From a virus (Duplodnaviria; Caudoviricetes): a stretch of 64,000 nucleotides of DNA. The notes beneath the pieces were generated by a model, which was not told the origin of the DNA, searched no databases, and saw nothing but the letters and a program-made list of their open reading frames with translations. A program made the translations under genes and the position numbers. The stretch spans positions 1 through 64,000 of the IMG/VR virus record IMGVR_UViG_3300037400_004297; one strand, 5' to 3'. This document shows positions 29,901 through 40,027 of the stretch, one piece after another (position 1 is the first letter of the stretch; each line of letters opens with the position of its first letter).

Positions 29901-31011
29901 ATTATCATTTAAAATTAAACAACCGTTAACCAATCGTTTCAAATCTTATACGCCAGTTCCAAGATTAATAAAAGTTCTTCCATATCCTGTGGATGGATAT
30001 GATGGTATAAGTTATGTAAAAACATTTGCACCAAGTGATAGTACAGATGATGTTCCATGCAAGACTGATAATATTTATACTGGAGCAATAGATAGAGTTA
30101 AAATTTTTGATTTTAATGACCACATGAACGTTAGAAATGAACTTAGTTTCATTGACTTAATGTTTGGACATAATTGTTTCATACAAGTACCAGATGGAAT
30201 TTGGTACACATGGGCACCTGAAATTAATGGAAGAGAACGAACTGGTAATTTCTTCTATAAAGATGGGAGTGGAGAACTAATTACTACTGATAGCAATGAG
30301 TTTCAGGCTATAACCTATAATATTGTAGGACTTGGGGCTAAAAATGGTCTAGATGGACTAAAGATGTTCACAATTCTTGTAGAAAGAATATATAAGAGTA
30401 CAGACGAAGATGGATTAGAAAAAGATTTGCATGCTTTTGAATTTGGTGATTTATATGACATTAGAGATATCTATCTAAAAGTTACAGTTGATAATGACGG
30501 AGATTGGAATTATATAATCAAGAAAACAGAAACAACTGATGAGGGTGAAACTACTGTTATTAAGTATATACAAACAATTTCGTTTGACCTTTATTTTCCA
30601 CCTGAAGAAGACCCTAATGATAGAGCCTGTGAAAATATAGGTGTAAAAAATGTGTTAAATAAGCTTGTAGAATATTCAGTTGTTTTCATCGACCCTAATG
30701 ATGATAGTAAAATTTATGAAGCAACTACAAGTGCTTGTGCTATTAATCCTGAAACTAATCAATGCGAATATGATGTGAGTGGTACTTCTGCTGTAGTTGT
30801 GAGAGTAAAAGCTGATTGTCCTGAAGAAATGAAATATCTTGGTAGTGATGAATGGATGGATAATAGAAGGTGCTACATTAAAGTTAGAACTAGTTCTGGC
30901 TTTACATATAAAACAGCCACATTTAAATTATACATGATTAATAATCAAGTACTCCCTGAAGATGAAGGAGGTAAAAAAGTTACCAAAGCCCAAATAGAAG
31001 GCTTACAATAA
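23947..31011 (+). CDS. Very large putative virion structural (tail/baseplate-associated) protein
   Basis: 2354-aa ORF in the structural cluster after the baseplate genes; N-terminal carboxypeptidase-regulatory-like GRVLAN..GIPNAKVS; internal hydrophobic segment. Confidence 0.65.
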   Translation: MEKNFRIHTNIISDTFLNVNMQQDFDFLEILSLKLRQKDAYRLHSSNYGVVVGRVLANDAFGIPNAKVSVFIERDTNDDSTLRNIYPYSETMSKDSSGRRYNLLPDYSDDDCYRVVGTFPRKRYLLDDDVQLEVYEKYWKYTTVTNHAGDYMLFGVPSGGHQIHVDIDLSDIGILSQKPHDFIFKGHNIEEFDSASQFKESANLDSLVQIISQNKATNVYPFWGDAENGIAAITRCDIQVNYKFEPTCVFMGAIVSDNEGNSIGHKCAPEEDNGMNSQLVAGEGTIEMIRKTKDGLVEEFPIKGNALIDGDGVWCYQIPMNLDYVGTDEYGNVVPTDNPQKGLPTRTQVRFRFSKRETGKEGVSTHTAKYLVPMNPILDETSVVPKTEVSTGVEMEKMYNFGSNTPQSCFRDLYWNNVYSVKNYIPKVQVAHRAYAPNYGALKGSNLVDNQNSIPFNKLRIDLPFVYMIVCIIYTMIVWIVTIINAIICIVNIVLGFFAALKSICLPWPLSICPFEWFLGWIPDYIGCIPLSAGVSEGNIAYYPGCWCGDYGGCPEDMEGKCEPSKDSDELMDKIQRNLALDFKIIKLDFYQDWLNGTLYMPLWYWRKRKKKTFLFGLFSSSAKNEFCSCNKTYSRLKTYVTCSMSYSNNSLRFEDTDGDEDEERWHKKRRSSVRYNNGLIKPVENKDGLTAYYYVAYQPTTDDPISAPIEQRKERFQIAVLYATDIILLGNLNEDNLYGIPQFFKALPSTTANVPPIATIAESTSDSDSDDMANDDSINNASDVGTTITTGMDWNNDGDEDTPAYQKGLFIDLGCTWAATRPKSCVNVERISEFGMNPDMTYSVAYSNGVNDVSYGVMSNDGFITKLELDDMDNRATFATLNHIGFIPQDYQDSINSYTTQVQDETTGYLVPKFKYIYPVDLDGRSNRIMERYKGSFGQAMYDEADEAYISFRLGAEKLDKDKNLEGRIRHFYHSGSNYYEMPLYNNSFYFYFGVNNGKTAIDKFNSLFYAPCFQNSKAPFSFNLDYAGKAYCDDPYKKSNPTEASEASKAYNGHAYIRFTSEDIITPFSYKLYDESDNIVIEEDDMYDTDFVIGGVITSDGIEMNDIIGKVKYHTEPFASTNNRYGENGLTNQKYTLEIIDANGKKITERVELKVSKISANCRTVGLGAKFYDDTTTRIDYICNDENEFYGMLKISSFNVDGSLYYITAATGYDYDRDGDEDEYNGNTGEYLVVVSGENVKITATDSEVVRRADAVIRVSSTSVDSEGKKLTQDCMCDSDNKSSSGQTITIADGGEGPVTYVFTGRSDIAALTNPLGDYREYANQKEVSFFVYQPSSFVVSITQLCTEDGHQKEVEDNTSSEIVSISNGNNFNLYLNTMPVKFMIGTLSDSPDATIGNNSLFYRSSLVTNPKGDGLSGWYGVHQEDSYRWDLVLKANERIWGDFVKINGSITNHNTKGEILEYKFNKMFSLAKGAYITGSSSRYSLSITGSQGLTLWRAVLPDYTKATNGKINLYKLTEASQASCPAQYPMIVGKNYLGITGDGPQFNTVGYESQDGFATGFYFAAFTKNGGYTSDTKTSSYIKIMRAPSYAKVTPWNQAGEKRIGKDDKAYDPEWVERYKPAHTNYSSYLPYLRAMTVDRRIDFDLVLFTPTSNSINLYKKIDGVKIDERTGEEIPVKIDDGREYMWRCGRIKGTVYGGVEMSYDADYNIISAKTEVNISTETATATRNNRLEYSYEFNDMDRDAKTYYNIPTETIWEEDAYGTQKYVKDETEGSPTYGQMIPVVDDNGNPVYEDGKEPKPGQILKRFYEATFAGKDIRNYFWSTFNKERLTKEADNEKTNKIDSPDEKLDRYIYKYPSGCTMYNGDFNRDSVVVNNNYPTARYIDIGRIMPSYDYGLYIQSCCYGIKANYNEDKTITAETTGGDSIEFEMVQSSPISFAGNNTNADSIATFLLGDIMGCNGFYSRSGNTDGYALFKCNTISLSFKIKQPLTNRFKSYTPVPRLIKVLPYPVDGYDGISYVKTFAPSDSTDDVPCKTDNIYTGAIDRVKIFDFNDHMNVRNELSFIDLMFGHNCFIQVPDGIWYTWAPEINGRERTGNFFYKDGSGELITTDSNEFQAITYNIVGLGAKNGLDGLKMFTILVERIYKSTDEDGLEKDLHAFEFGDLYDIRDIYLKVTVDNDGDWNYIIKKTETTDEGETTVIKYIQTISFDLYFPPEEDPNDRACENIGVKNVLNKLVEYSVVFIDPNDDSKIYEATTSACAINPETNQCEYDVSGTSAVVVRVKADCPEEMKYLGSDEWMDNRRCYIKVRTSSGFTYKTATFKLYMINNQVLPEDEGGKKVTKAQIEGLQ

Positions 31012-31029
31012 ACAAATAAAATTAAAAAA

Positions 31030-34000
31030 ATGACAAGTAATAAAATATTCCTTGAAAGGTGTAAGAGCAAACAGTCTAACAATACAAGTAGTGGACTTAA
31101 CGTAGAATTGAAGGGTAACAGGAAGCTGTTACCCCTTGATGGCGTTAGCAAAGTAATAAGTCTCATGGAGCAATACACTGAAGAGCGTGAAAAATGCAAT
31201 AAAATAAGGCTTACTTGCCAGGTTAATACTATTTGTTCTAATGTACTTTTCAATAGAATATCAGAAGTTGTAAAATATGAAGGTAGTAAGGATGTTGTTT
31301 TTCTAAATTACGGAATTGGTGGGAGCGCACCATTCGGGGGAGACCAATTATGTAAAACAACAGGAGGCACTACATATAAACCAGCTAGTATGGATTTTTG
31401 GAGTGGCTCTACGATTGCGTGGCAGAGTATAGATGGTGACGTTATAACACAGCAAGCAGATACTCCTATTTCACAAATTGTTTCAGATAGTATTACTACA
31501 TGCGCCCCTATTTCAGGAAAAGTAACTCATATAACTAACGCCATAAGAGATACTGAATTATCAAGGAATGATAAAGAGGATGGTAGCGGAGAACATTTTG
31601 TATATCATTGTGGGCTTGATATCCTTAACAATCATTTAATTAGAAGTAATACTTTCAAGTGTATTTGCAGACTTCCAGACAATTTTAATCATGAGTACAC
31701 AGCTTTCAATACAATAGCTGACCTTATGAGAGATAATTCTGGAAATAAAGTAATAGAGAAAGTATATTTTCCTGCTGATTCTGGTGTTGCTGATGGTGTT
31801 AAATTATTGTCTCTTCACACATACTTGTATGATGATATTCTCTCATTTAAAAGGGCAAAAAAAGAAAGATTAATAGAAAAATATAACGGTTGGTTTGGCT
31901 TTGAAAATAAATCAAAGATAAAAACATATGCTGATTTTGCTAATAAAGACCCAAAGGATTTGAGAATAGAAAGACCAATAATGTATATGAGTGGTGGTGA
32001 TTTCGTTGAAATGTACCCAGGTCATGACTTATATAGCTTTGTTCCAAAATACAACAAGTATAGGAACAGAATGGAGAAAAACTGGAATTATTGTATTACT
32101 TATCCTAGTTCTTCTACAACAAATGGATTTGATGATATAATAGAGACAAATGGTGGCATCAATTCTCTTAAAGCAATATATTTTGACGAAAACACAAGAG
32201 CAGATAGTGGAGCTATTCAGCTTGTAATTTACAGTAAATCGATGCACGGCTTAAAACCTGGTGATAGGGTAAATATTTATAACACCAGAGATATAGAACA
32301 GTATTGGATTGAAGATGAAAATGGAAATAGGATTTCTGATTATTACGACACCGAAGATGAGGTCTCTAGTTTGAAGGCATCATTAGGACTAAAATACAAT
32401 GATTTATTCATAAAGAACAAGATAAAAACTACCACAACTAAAATAATTGACAACGCTGAGGTAGATGAAATAGCTGATAAATTTATATTTACAGTATTTA
32501 ATCAGGGTGTTCAGATTAGTTCAAACTGGGTTAAAATTACAAATGAGGAGACTTTTAGCGCTAATACTAGAACATTCACCATGACCAATGAATCACCAAA
32601 CGTGTATCGTGATGATAAATTTAACAGATATTATGTAGTTGGAAGAGGTGATAACAGATATGTTAATGTTGACCCTAATGCACAGAACATATCGTATAAA
32701 AAAGTTGTCAATGGTATAGAATGTGATTACTACGTAAGAATATTTTCAAGACTACCTAATTTCAGGTTTTCTAGTGCTGATACATCTTCAGAGTATGCTG
32801 TGTATAACAAAGAAAGTGGAGAAAGCCCTTTAGAAATATATCAAAAGCCAGGATATGATTTTGAAAGCCATGTTAGCAGATTAGCGTTTTCTAAAAACAT
32901 ATATGGTGATGAAATTGGTGAAATAGTTTTTACCGATGACATAGATTTATCTAACATTCATGACAATCTTGGCAGACCGCTTAGTGAGGTATTCCTTACA
33001 ATAGTTAAAAATAATAGGGGTTATAAGGAATGGTATGGCTTTGATTATAAAGATGATAGTTGGAAGCCTGAAAACATATCTGCTGATACAGTAGAATTTT
33101 CTCATTGTTTTGGTAGAATAACATGTGGGTTGGAGCTATCTGATGAATCAATAGATGACCCTAATACTAATAACATAAAAATAATAACAAATGTGCGTGA
33201 AGAGTTCCGTGTTGGTTATCCTTGCGGTAGTATAAACCCTGGAAGGCACGTAGAAAATCTTAGAAATCAAGAAATATCATTTTATGATGACTCACATTAT
33301 TATGGGGATTTGTGTTGTTATGACAATTTTAATGCAATAGAACAAAGTATACAGTCATTCCTTCACAGGTTTAATACAGCACAGCGTGAAGCCATTGATT
33401 CAAAATCTGAAAGTTTTTTTAGTGGATTTAATTATGATGAAATAGAGAAGGATGATTATGATAGTGGTGGTGAATTTAAAATAAAAGCATATGAAGAGTC
33501 TGGATGTAACTCAAAACCTGAAGGATACTATTATATCCCTCACTACAGAATTCCTGTAAAATCATTTGGGAAAATAAATACAATTATGCCAGAATTTCTT
33601 ACCATCATGTCTATTGTAAGAGGAGAGGGTAATACTGCTATTATAACGACTCTTGAATATCACTTCTTAACTCCAGGTGATAAGTCCATTATTTATGACC
33701 AGGAGAATAATAAGTATTATTACCTAACAACAATACCAGGAGAAAAAAATAATGATAGGGTATTCACTTGTAATATTTATGATGAAAAGGGCAATTATGC
33801 TGATGGTATAGATGGCGATAATATAGGAGATTATAAACTGTTTAAGATAGATAACCTTGGAGTACCTTCATACGCTCATTTACTAAAAGATGGAACATGT
33901 AGATATATATGGAGGGATATAGTAAATAATGGCTCTATGGATAGTGAGGATGGTCTTGAGGTTTATCCATTCACAAATGGTGCTTTCTATATTAATAAAA

Positions 34001-34140
34001 AAATTGACTTATTTCTAAGAAGGCAAGACCCATATAACAATTATGGACTTTATGCTGAGGAAGATATTGATGTAGATGGAGTTGCACCTCCAATAGAAGG
34101 TAAAAATGATTATTTTAGTGAGGAAGAGATAAAATGTTAA
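31030..34140 (+). CDS. Large putative virion structural protein
   Basis: 1036 aa, structural operon context. Confidence 0.6.
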   Translation: MTSNKIFLERCKSKQSNNTSSGLNVELKGNRKLLPLDGVSKVISLMEQYTEEREKCNKIRLTCQVNTICSNVLFNRISEVVKYEGSKDVVFLNYGIGGSAPFGGDQLCKTTGGTTYKPASMDFWSGSTIAWQSIDGDVITQQADTPISQIVSDSITTCAPISGKVTHITNAIRDTELSRNDKEDGSGEHFVYHCGLDILNNHLIRSNTFKCICRLPDNFNHEYTAFNTIADLMRDNSGNKVIEKVYFPADSGVADGVKLLSLHTYLYDDILSFKRAKKERLIEKYNGWFGFENKSKIKTYADFANKDPKDLRIERPIMYMSGGDFVEMYPGHDLYSFVPKYNKYRNRMEKNWNYCITYPSSSTTNGFDDIIETNGGINSLKAIYFDENTRADSGAIQLVIYSKSMHGLKPGDRVNIYNTRDIEQYWIEDENGNRISDYYDTEDEVSSLKASLGLKYNDLFIKNKIKTTTTKIIDNAEVDEIADKFIFTVFNQGVQISSNWVKITNEETFSANTRTFTMTNESPNVYRDDKFNRYYVVGRGDNRYVNVDPNAQNISYKKVVNGIECDYYVRIFSRLPNFRFSSADTSSEYAVYNKESGESPLEIYQKPGYDFESHVSRLAFSKNIYGDEIGEIVFTDDIDLSNIHDNLGRPLSEVFLTIVKNNRGYKEWYGFDYKDDSWKPENISADTVEFSHCFGRITCGLELSDESIDDPNTNNIKIITNVREEFRVGYPCGSINPGRHVENLRNQEISFYDDSHYYGDLCCYDNFNAIEQSIQSFLHRFNTAQREAIDSKSESFFSGFNYDEIEKDDYDSGGEFKIKAYEESGCNSKPEGYYYIPHYRIPVKSFGKINTIMPEFLTIMSIVRGEGNTAIITTLEYHFLTPGDKSIIYDQENNKYYYLTTIPGEKNNDRVFTCNIYDEKGNYADGIDGDNIGDYKLFKIDNLGVPSYAHLLKDGTCRYIWRDIVNNGSMDSEDGLEVYPFTNGAFYINKKIDLFLRRQDPYNNYGLYAEEDIDVDGVAPPIEGKNDYFSEEEIKC

Positions 34141-37100
34141 ATTACAGCGTTAAATTAGGCGAGAATAGCCTAAAGAGAGATGAATTGGTTTGGAGCGAAA
34201 AATACATCGCCCCAGACCTTTCATTTGTTTCTGGAGTAACTAGTCAGCATTATCACATAGATAAGCATGATAAAATAGCAGCATCTATAGGGTATAAAAG
34301 TAACTTCTCTACACTTAAAGTTGATTCACAAAACGTCACAAGAAATGGTTTCGTAAAAATTAGTGGTAAAAGATATCCAATTAAAAAAGATAGTTTTATC
34401 AATAAAGCCACTGGTAAAAAACAGACATATTGGTATTCTGATATCAATGGTGTGTTCTATTATATATATCCTATTGATAATGATACAACCATTCCTGAAG
34501 GCTCTAAAATAACAATAAAAAATTGGCTAAAAGATGAATGGAGTCAAGACGATAATGGAGAATATCATGTTGATGTTGTAGAAGGTGATGTTGAAGCCAC
34601 TGTAATAAATGGTGAGCTTTCGCTTGACACAATAGTATGGATTGAAGATGGAACTGTAACTATTGATGGAGAGAAATATATATACGATAGATTTGATGGC
34701 GGTATTAAATATTATGAAGGTGGTTTGACATTATCTGGCGAAGAAATAACAAAATGTGATGGAATAACATATAACTACTTTGAAAACGAATCTGATTACA
34801 TCTATGTAACAAAATTTGTTCTTACAAAATATGAGGATAAGAGTGTTGATTTTGATAGGATTGGTTTTGCTTCATATTATTATTTCATCGATTACAAAAA
34901 CAATTATTATCAAATTAGCCAAAGTGGTTCATCAGCTGTAAGTGGAAGTACATTACAATATGTATGCGTTGTAGATGAAAATATATATACTGTGTCAGGA
35001 AACTCTGACTTACCAACTAGAATTAGTGAACTTAAAGATACTGATTCATATGTAAAGATAGATGATAATGAGTTCAACGTTCAATATTTAGTACAAAATG
35101 CAAACATTGGAGATGAATTAGCAATATATTTGTCAGATGATTCACATAATTTTTCTGTTGGCGATAAAATTTCTCTTGTAATAGATAATGCTGAGCATAA
35201 TATAGTTCAACTTTATACTATGACTGGTACAGCAAATACTGACTCAACAAGTGGGGAAAATTATGTTGAAAAATTTGTTCTATATAACGGAGAAAAACAT
35301 AATGCAGTAGAAAAGATATGTAATGTTGTTAATATAGGTAATACATTTTACGATGTATCATATCCAAACGGCATTGAAAATGGAAAGGATGCTCTTGTCA
35401 ATATAGATGGAGGATTTGTTCCTATGAAAATAATGAAAATTCAAGAAGAAGGAACAACTCTTCAGAGATATGGATACGTAGTGTTAGATGTAAAAGACGA
35501 TGAAACTGGTGTTATAAAACAAAGTGCAACTACTGCAAATTATGAAGCAACTTTCTTCAGTGGTGTTACCATTGATGGAAAATCATATAGGGTATATGAT
35601 AATGGAGATGGGAATGAATACATATACACCGATAAAGCAATACCAGTAGAGTTTACTATAGATTCAATACTTGGAAGTTCTTTGTTAATTTGTAAGCCTA
35701 ATCTTAATGGCTATGAGTTCAATGATGAGTTTAGGGATGAGATATCAACCAATCTTTGTGAATTTATAAACTCCAGGCAATCAGAAGTAAAAGTATATTC
35801 GCAAAACAACGCCTTTGGGACAAGACACATCACTCATGAAATTGGATTTATAGGTAACGATTTGCCAACATCATCGGATGATTATGAAAATATAATTGAT
35901 AACCTCACTCTATTTGCAAATAGTGGATATATACAATTGTCACTTCCTTTGGTAATGGACGTGGCATTAAATGGTATGCAAGAAGACACTGTTAAACGAG
36001 ATTTATATGATGTGGAAAAAGAAAAGGCTATAAATCCTATAGTTGATATGGAAAAAGATGTGTATGTGCCAAAATACATAAATAATAATAAAGAGTATAC
36101 TGGCTCAGAAACAATCTTTAGTCCTATAAATGAGATAGAAGTTAATCTTCATTTTAGAACAAGGAATAAAGATAACTGGAAAGTTAATGAAGGGTATAAT
36201 AACCCTACTGTGTCAGGTACTATGGATAACTGGTTTTGTACAGACTATTTTCCGTATAGTGGTATGGTAAGTAACTCAGGATGCGCAAATGTGTTACAGA
36301 ACAGTTCAGACCTTATGGGGTTATTATGGTTTGAGGATGATGACGTATTCTATCAAAGGGACAATATATCTAAGTCATTCCTCAGATTCTCTTATTATGA
36401 TTCTACAGACCCCAATACACAATCTCTTTTGGCGACATCAACAGTGTTTATGGATGAACACGCAATGTTTAAAAAATATATAAATAATGCTAGAAGAAAT
36501 ATAAATAATTTTGCTAGAATAACAGATGAGCCAAAAGAAATTACTGAAAATGAAGTGGTAAAATACAAAGGCTCTCTAATGAATAGAGGCTCTATTTTAA
36601 CTGAATATTATGGTAAATATGATAAAGCCAAAAAGGATTATGAAAGTGATGATTTTACAGGAAATACTCATGATGAAAAAGATAGAAGAAATGCAATTAG
36701 TGGCGACACTATGAGGGTAAGTTCTAGATTCACTATAAGAAACAAATACGAAACGGACACATCTTCAGAAGGATTTTATCTTTATATGTTCAGAGAATAT
36801 TCAGAAAATTTGCATCCGAAACCTATTTATATGAAAGTTGAATTTAACCATGCTGGAGTTGGTAGGACAATACCTTTCATTATACCAATGAAATGGTCTA
36901 ACCCTAATTTAAGTGGTGAATGCCATCCAGTAGATTCTATAAAATTATCTGGTGAAACAGATAATGTAAAAGATATAGATATATTGAAAGAAGGTTATCC
37001 GTTATCATTTGTATATGCACAAACATATATACCACTATATGCGGTGTATGATTTTAAGAATAAAGAATATGGATATGTATTTGACAAGAGGTATGTTACA

Positions 37101-37256
37101 GTAGAGGATGACAAAATAAGGCTTAACTTATTTGAACTTAAGATAAAAGACGAGAATACAGCAAACAATTCAGATAGGGCTAATGTTAGAAATAACACTA
37201 TTAGTAAGGGAGTAATAGACGTAGATACACAATTTGGAGGCAATGAGAGTAATTAG
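34134..37256 (+). CDS. Large putative virion structural protein
   Basis: 1040 aa, overlaps neighbours in the operon. Confidence 0.6.
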   Translation: MLNYSVKLGENSLKRDELVWSEKYIAPDLSFVSGVTSQHYHIDKHDKIAASIGYKSNFSTLKVDSQNVTRNGFVKISGKRYPIKKDSFINKATGKKQTYWYSDINGVFYYIYPIDNDTTIPEGSKITIKNWLKDEWSQDDNGEYHVDVVEGDVEATVINGELSLDTIVWIEDGTVTIDGEKYIYDRFDGGIKYYEGGLTLSGEEITKCDGITYNYFENESDYIYVTKFVLTKYEDKSVDFDRIGFASYYYFIDYKNNYYQISQSGSSAVSGSTLQYVCVVDENIYTVSGNSDLPTRISELKDTDSYVKIDDNEFNVQYLVQNANIGDELAIYLSDDSHNFSVGDKISLVIDNAEHNIVQLYTMTGTANTDSTSGENYVEKFVLYNGEKHNAVEKICNVVNIGNTFYDVSYPNGIENGKDALVNIDGGFVPMKIMKIQEEGTTLQRYGYVVLDVKDDETGVIKQSATTANYEATFFSGVTIDGKSYRVYDNGDGNEYIYTDKAIPVEFTIDSILGSSLLICKPNLNGYEFNDEFRDEISTNLCEFINSRQSEVKVYSQNNAFGTRHITHEIGFIGNDLPTSSDDYENIIDNLTLFANSGYIQLSLPLVMDVALNGMQEDTVKRDLYDVEKEKAINPIVDMEKDVYVPKYINNNKEYTGSETIFSPINEIEVNLHFRTRNKDNWKVNEGYNNPTVSGTMDNWFCTDYFPYSGMVSNSGCANVLQNSSDLMGLLWFEDDDVFYQRDNISKSFLRFSYYDSTDPNTQSLLATSTVFMDEHAMFKKYINNARRNINNFARITDEPKEITENEVVKYKGSLMNRGSILTEYYGKYDKAKKDYESDDFTGNTHDEKDRRNAISGDTMRVSSRFTIRNKYETDTSSEGFYLYMFREYSENLHPKPIYMKVEFNHAGVGRTIPFIIPMKWSNPNLSGECHPVDSIKLSGETDNVKDIDILKEGYPLSFVYAQTYIPLYAVYDFKNKEYGYVFDKRYVTVEDDKIRLNLFELKIKDENTANNSDRANVRNNTISKGVIDVDTQFGGNESN

Positions 37257-40005
37257 TAAGAAAATATCATTGGAAGATTTCACATCAAGATTACCAGGTA
37301 TTGTGCCAGCATATATGGTGAATGGTGATAATAAACCATATTATTTTAATGAAGAATCACTTAAGTCTAGGAAATACGAATTTCCTAGCAATTATGGTAT
37401 GATTCCAATGAATATAGCTATTCCAGGAAATTTATCAGTACCAATATTAACTGATACTACAAGGTGTCTTTCATGGAGTACCATAAGTGATTGGTATTAT
37501 TTCTTTACTAACTATTACCACCTGTTAAATGATTGGGGACGTTGCTGTTTGAAATATAACAGTGCTGTTGAATACTATTCATATGAATCAAAAAATGGCT
37601 ATGCAGACCAAATGGTATATGGTACTGATGAGGATGTGTATAAGGAGCTTGATAAAACGTTCATAGAACGAGGTGGTAAAGTGGCTGAAATAGAGATTGA
37701 TGATGAAAATGAAAAAGCACACACTAAACGTACAGATAATGGTATGTTTGAGTGGATTTGTGATAATATAATTCCAAGCTTAGAAATACCAGGAGAACTT
37801 GTTGATGCTTGGCATTGTAATAAACTTTACTATCCTGATATAATAAAATGGAGGAGTTGGTTTCAAAAAAGAGAAAAATATGATTCTCTTAATAGCTGTT
37901 CTGATACTATTGACTGTTGTGATTGTGAAGAATATTTTAAAAGGGGGGGAGATAAAATGAGAGACCTTTTGAATGATTTCAAACTACCTAACATAGATTT
38001 CAGCAGTACCATAACCCCAACAATTGGCTGTATTGACGAAGCTGTGCAGTTTACTAAAAACGAATGTGAAACAGCTATTGAAATGCCAATTTCATTACAG
38101 GTATCTATTGATGATATGGGAGAATTCAGTATTCTTTCTAAAGAGTATGAACTTGGAATTGATTACAGAACAGCAAGATATGGTGATAGTACAAATACTA
38201 ATCATGGTACTGTTATTTCAATAGATGGCGAATCTATGAAGTTGAAAAGTGGCAGTGGGTTTACTTTTAATTCAACTTATATGGAGAAAAAATTCAGTAA
38301 GGACGATTGGGTTGTAAATTCTGGTAATTCTAAGGCATTTTCTGATAATTCTAAGGCAATTTCTGCTGAAACATACGATGGCACAATAATATATCCTTTG
38401 GAAGAAGACGTTAATACTATATATTATCAATCTGGAACAACCCGTTTCTTTTATGGCTTTGACGATAATTGGCATCGTCAAATTGGTAACAATGAGGATG
38501 ATGTTAGAGAAAAAATTAAAAAATATCTTCCAATTGAAGAGGTTGATGAAGTTCTTATTGATGATACTTTATATGACGTTTTACATGAGGAATTCTATAG
38601 TGTGGATAGTGCAAGCACGGAAAGTGGCAAAACATATTGTGTGTATAGGGAAGAATATACAAATACCCCTTATACAATATGGAATAACAGAAAAGTATAT
38701 GCCGAATCTAAGCCACAAAGTAAGGACGAATTTTTCTTTTTCCCATTTTTTACGTCTGGAGAAAATAATGGTGTAAAATGGTTTCCAAGAGAAAGAAGTA
38801 GTAATACCAAATTAGCTGATTTCATACTCTATGAAGGGTCGATGACACTAGTATCTAGCGGTGATACCAGAATTAGTGGTATTTGCTATAATGACGATGG
38901 TATTATGTATCTAATTAAATATGGCGAAGGCGAAAATGTGTATTATATTGATGAAAATGGTGATTTAGCCGTAGATAGTAACTATAAAGTTTCTGGTGAA
39001 AGTATAATGTATTCAAATCAAACAATAAAAGTGTATGAAGCTGGTATAATTACTGGAAAAACTTCATCAAAACTTTATGACCTTCGCTCCAATAGTCTAT
39101 TAACAGATGATACTGGAGAAGTTATTCAAGGAAGATATGATGTATCAGGAAAAACAAATCATCAGCCGTCACAAGGCGATGCACTTGACCTGATTTATGA
39201 GGTTGGTAACACTGCAAATATTGTTCCTTTTAATGAGGCAGGAAAAGATTGCTACTATGGGGATATAATAACAAGTATGGTATTCTATCATGAAGACTAT
39301 GAAGGAAACGTAATTGATGACACAGAGAAAAATTGGGCTGAGTTTAATAATTCTCTAAGTGCAATAGTTGCTTCAGAATCTGCTGCTAGTGGTATGGTTA
39401 TTAGTGGATACGCACAATCAGACATTTATTGTGACATTGAATATTTAATTGGTGCAACACTAAGTGGCGTTTCTGAAACAATTCAATATAGTGGTGACAC
39501 GCTATTTGTAGGCACTAAATACAGCCCAATAGACGACAGTATACATAGTAAAGGAGTTAAGCATAAAGAAACTGTTAGGTTCAAAAAGAAAGATGTACTA
39601 TATAAGCTTTCAAAGGGTGTTGACGGACAAATACCAACCACATTTAATACAGTTTCAGCCAATAGCTTATGCTATCCAGTTACAGTATATGAACTAGACC
39701 AGGATATGACTGAGATTAATTCAGGATATGGTAATAAATATCAATATGCGCTTGCAGATTTTGAATTGACACTACCACAAACGAATGATGGCTGGAGTGG
39801 CTATACAAGTGCAACACAAATATTTCCAGTTTTCAGGCAAGAATATATGCTAGGTAGTGCTGTAATGCAAAACATTGATGTCGATATTTATATAGACAGA
39901 GGAATAAATGCAGCATTTGAAAAACATTTGAAACTTGGTGAAGTAACTAGTATGGAAGCACTTGAACAATATTCAAACGGTTACTTTAAGATGATGGATA
40001 ACTAA
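37243..40005 (+). CDS. Large putative virion structural protein
   Basis: About 920 aa; C-terminal DIYIDRGINAAFEKHLKLGE; operon context. Confidence 0.6.
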   Translation: MRVISKKISLEDFTSRLPGIVPAYMVNGDNKPYYFNEESLKSRKYEFPSNYGMIPMNIAIPGNLSVPILTDTTRCLSWSTISDWYYFFTNYYHLLNDWGRCCLKYNSAVEYYSYESKNGYADQMVYGTDEDVYKELDKTFIERGGKVAEIEIDDENEKAHTKRTDNGMFEWICDNIIPSLEIPGELVDAWHCNKLYYPDIIKWRSWFQKREKYDSLNSCSDTIDCCDCEEYFKRGGDKMRDLLNDFKLPNIDFSSTITPTIGCIDEAVQFTKNECETAIEMPISLQVSIDDMGEFSILSKEYELGIDYRTARYGDSTNTNHGTVISIDGESMKLKSGSGFTFNSTYMEKKFSKDDWVVNSGNSKAFSDNSKAISAETYDGTIIYPLEEDVNTIYYQSGTTRFFYGFDDNWHRQIGNNEDDVREKIKKYLPIEEVDEVLIDDTLYDVLHEEFYSVDSASTESGKTYCVYREEYTNTPYTIWNNRKVYAESKPQSKDEFFFFPFFTSGENNGVKWFPRERSSNTKLADFILYEGSMTLVSSGDTRISGICYNDDGIMYLIKYGEGENVYYIDENGDLAVDSNYKVSGESIMYSNQTIKVYEAGIITGKTSSKLYDLRSNSLLTDDTGEVIQGRYDVSGKTNHQPSQGDALDLIYEVGNTANIVPFNEAGKDCYYGDIITSMVFYHEDYEGNVIDDTEKNWAEFNNSLSAIVASESAASGMVISGYAQSDIYCDIEYLIGATLSGVSETIQYSGDTLFVGTKYSPIDDSIHSKGVKHKETVRFKKKDVLYKLSKGVDGQIPTTFNTVSANSLCYPVTVYELDQDMTEINSGYGNKYQYALADFELTLPQTNDGWSGYTSATQIFPVFRQEYMLGSAVMQNIDVDIYIDRGINAAFEKHLKLGEVTSMEALEQYSNGYFKMMDN

Positions 40006-40027
40006 TTTATAAAAAAAATATAATAAA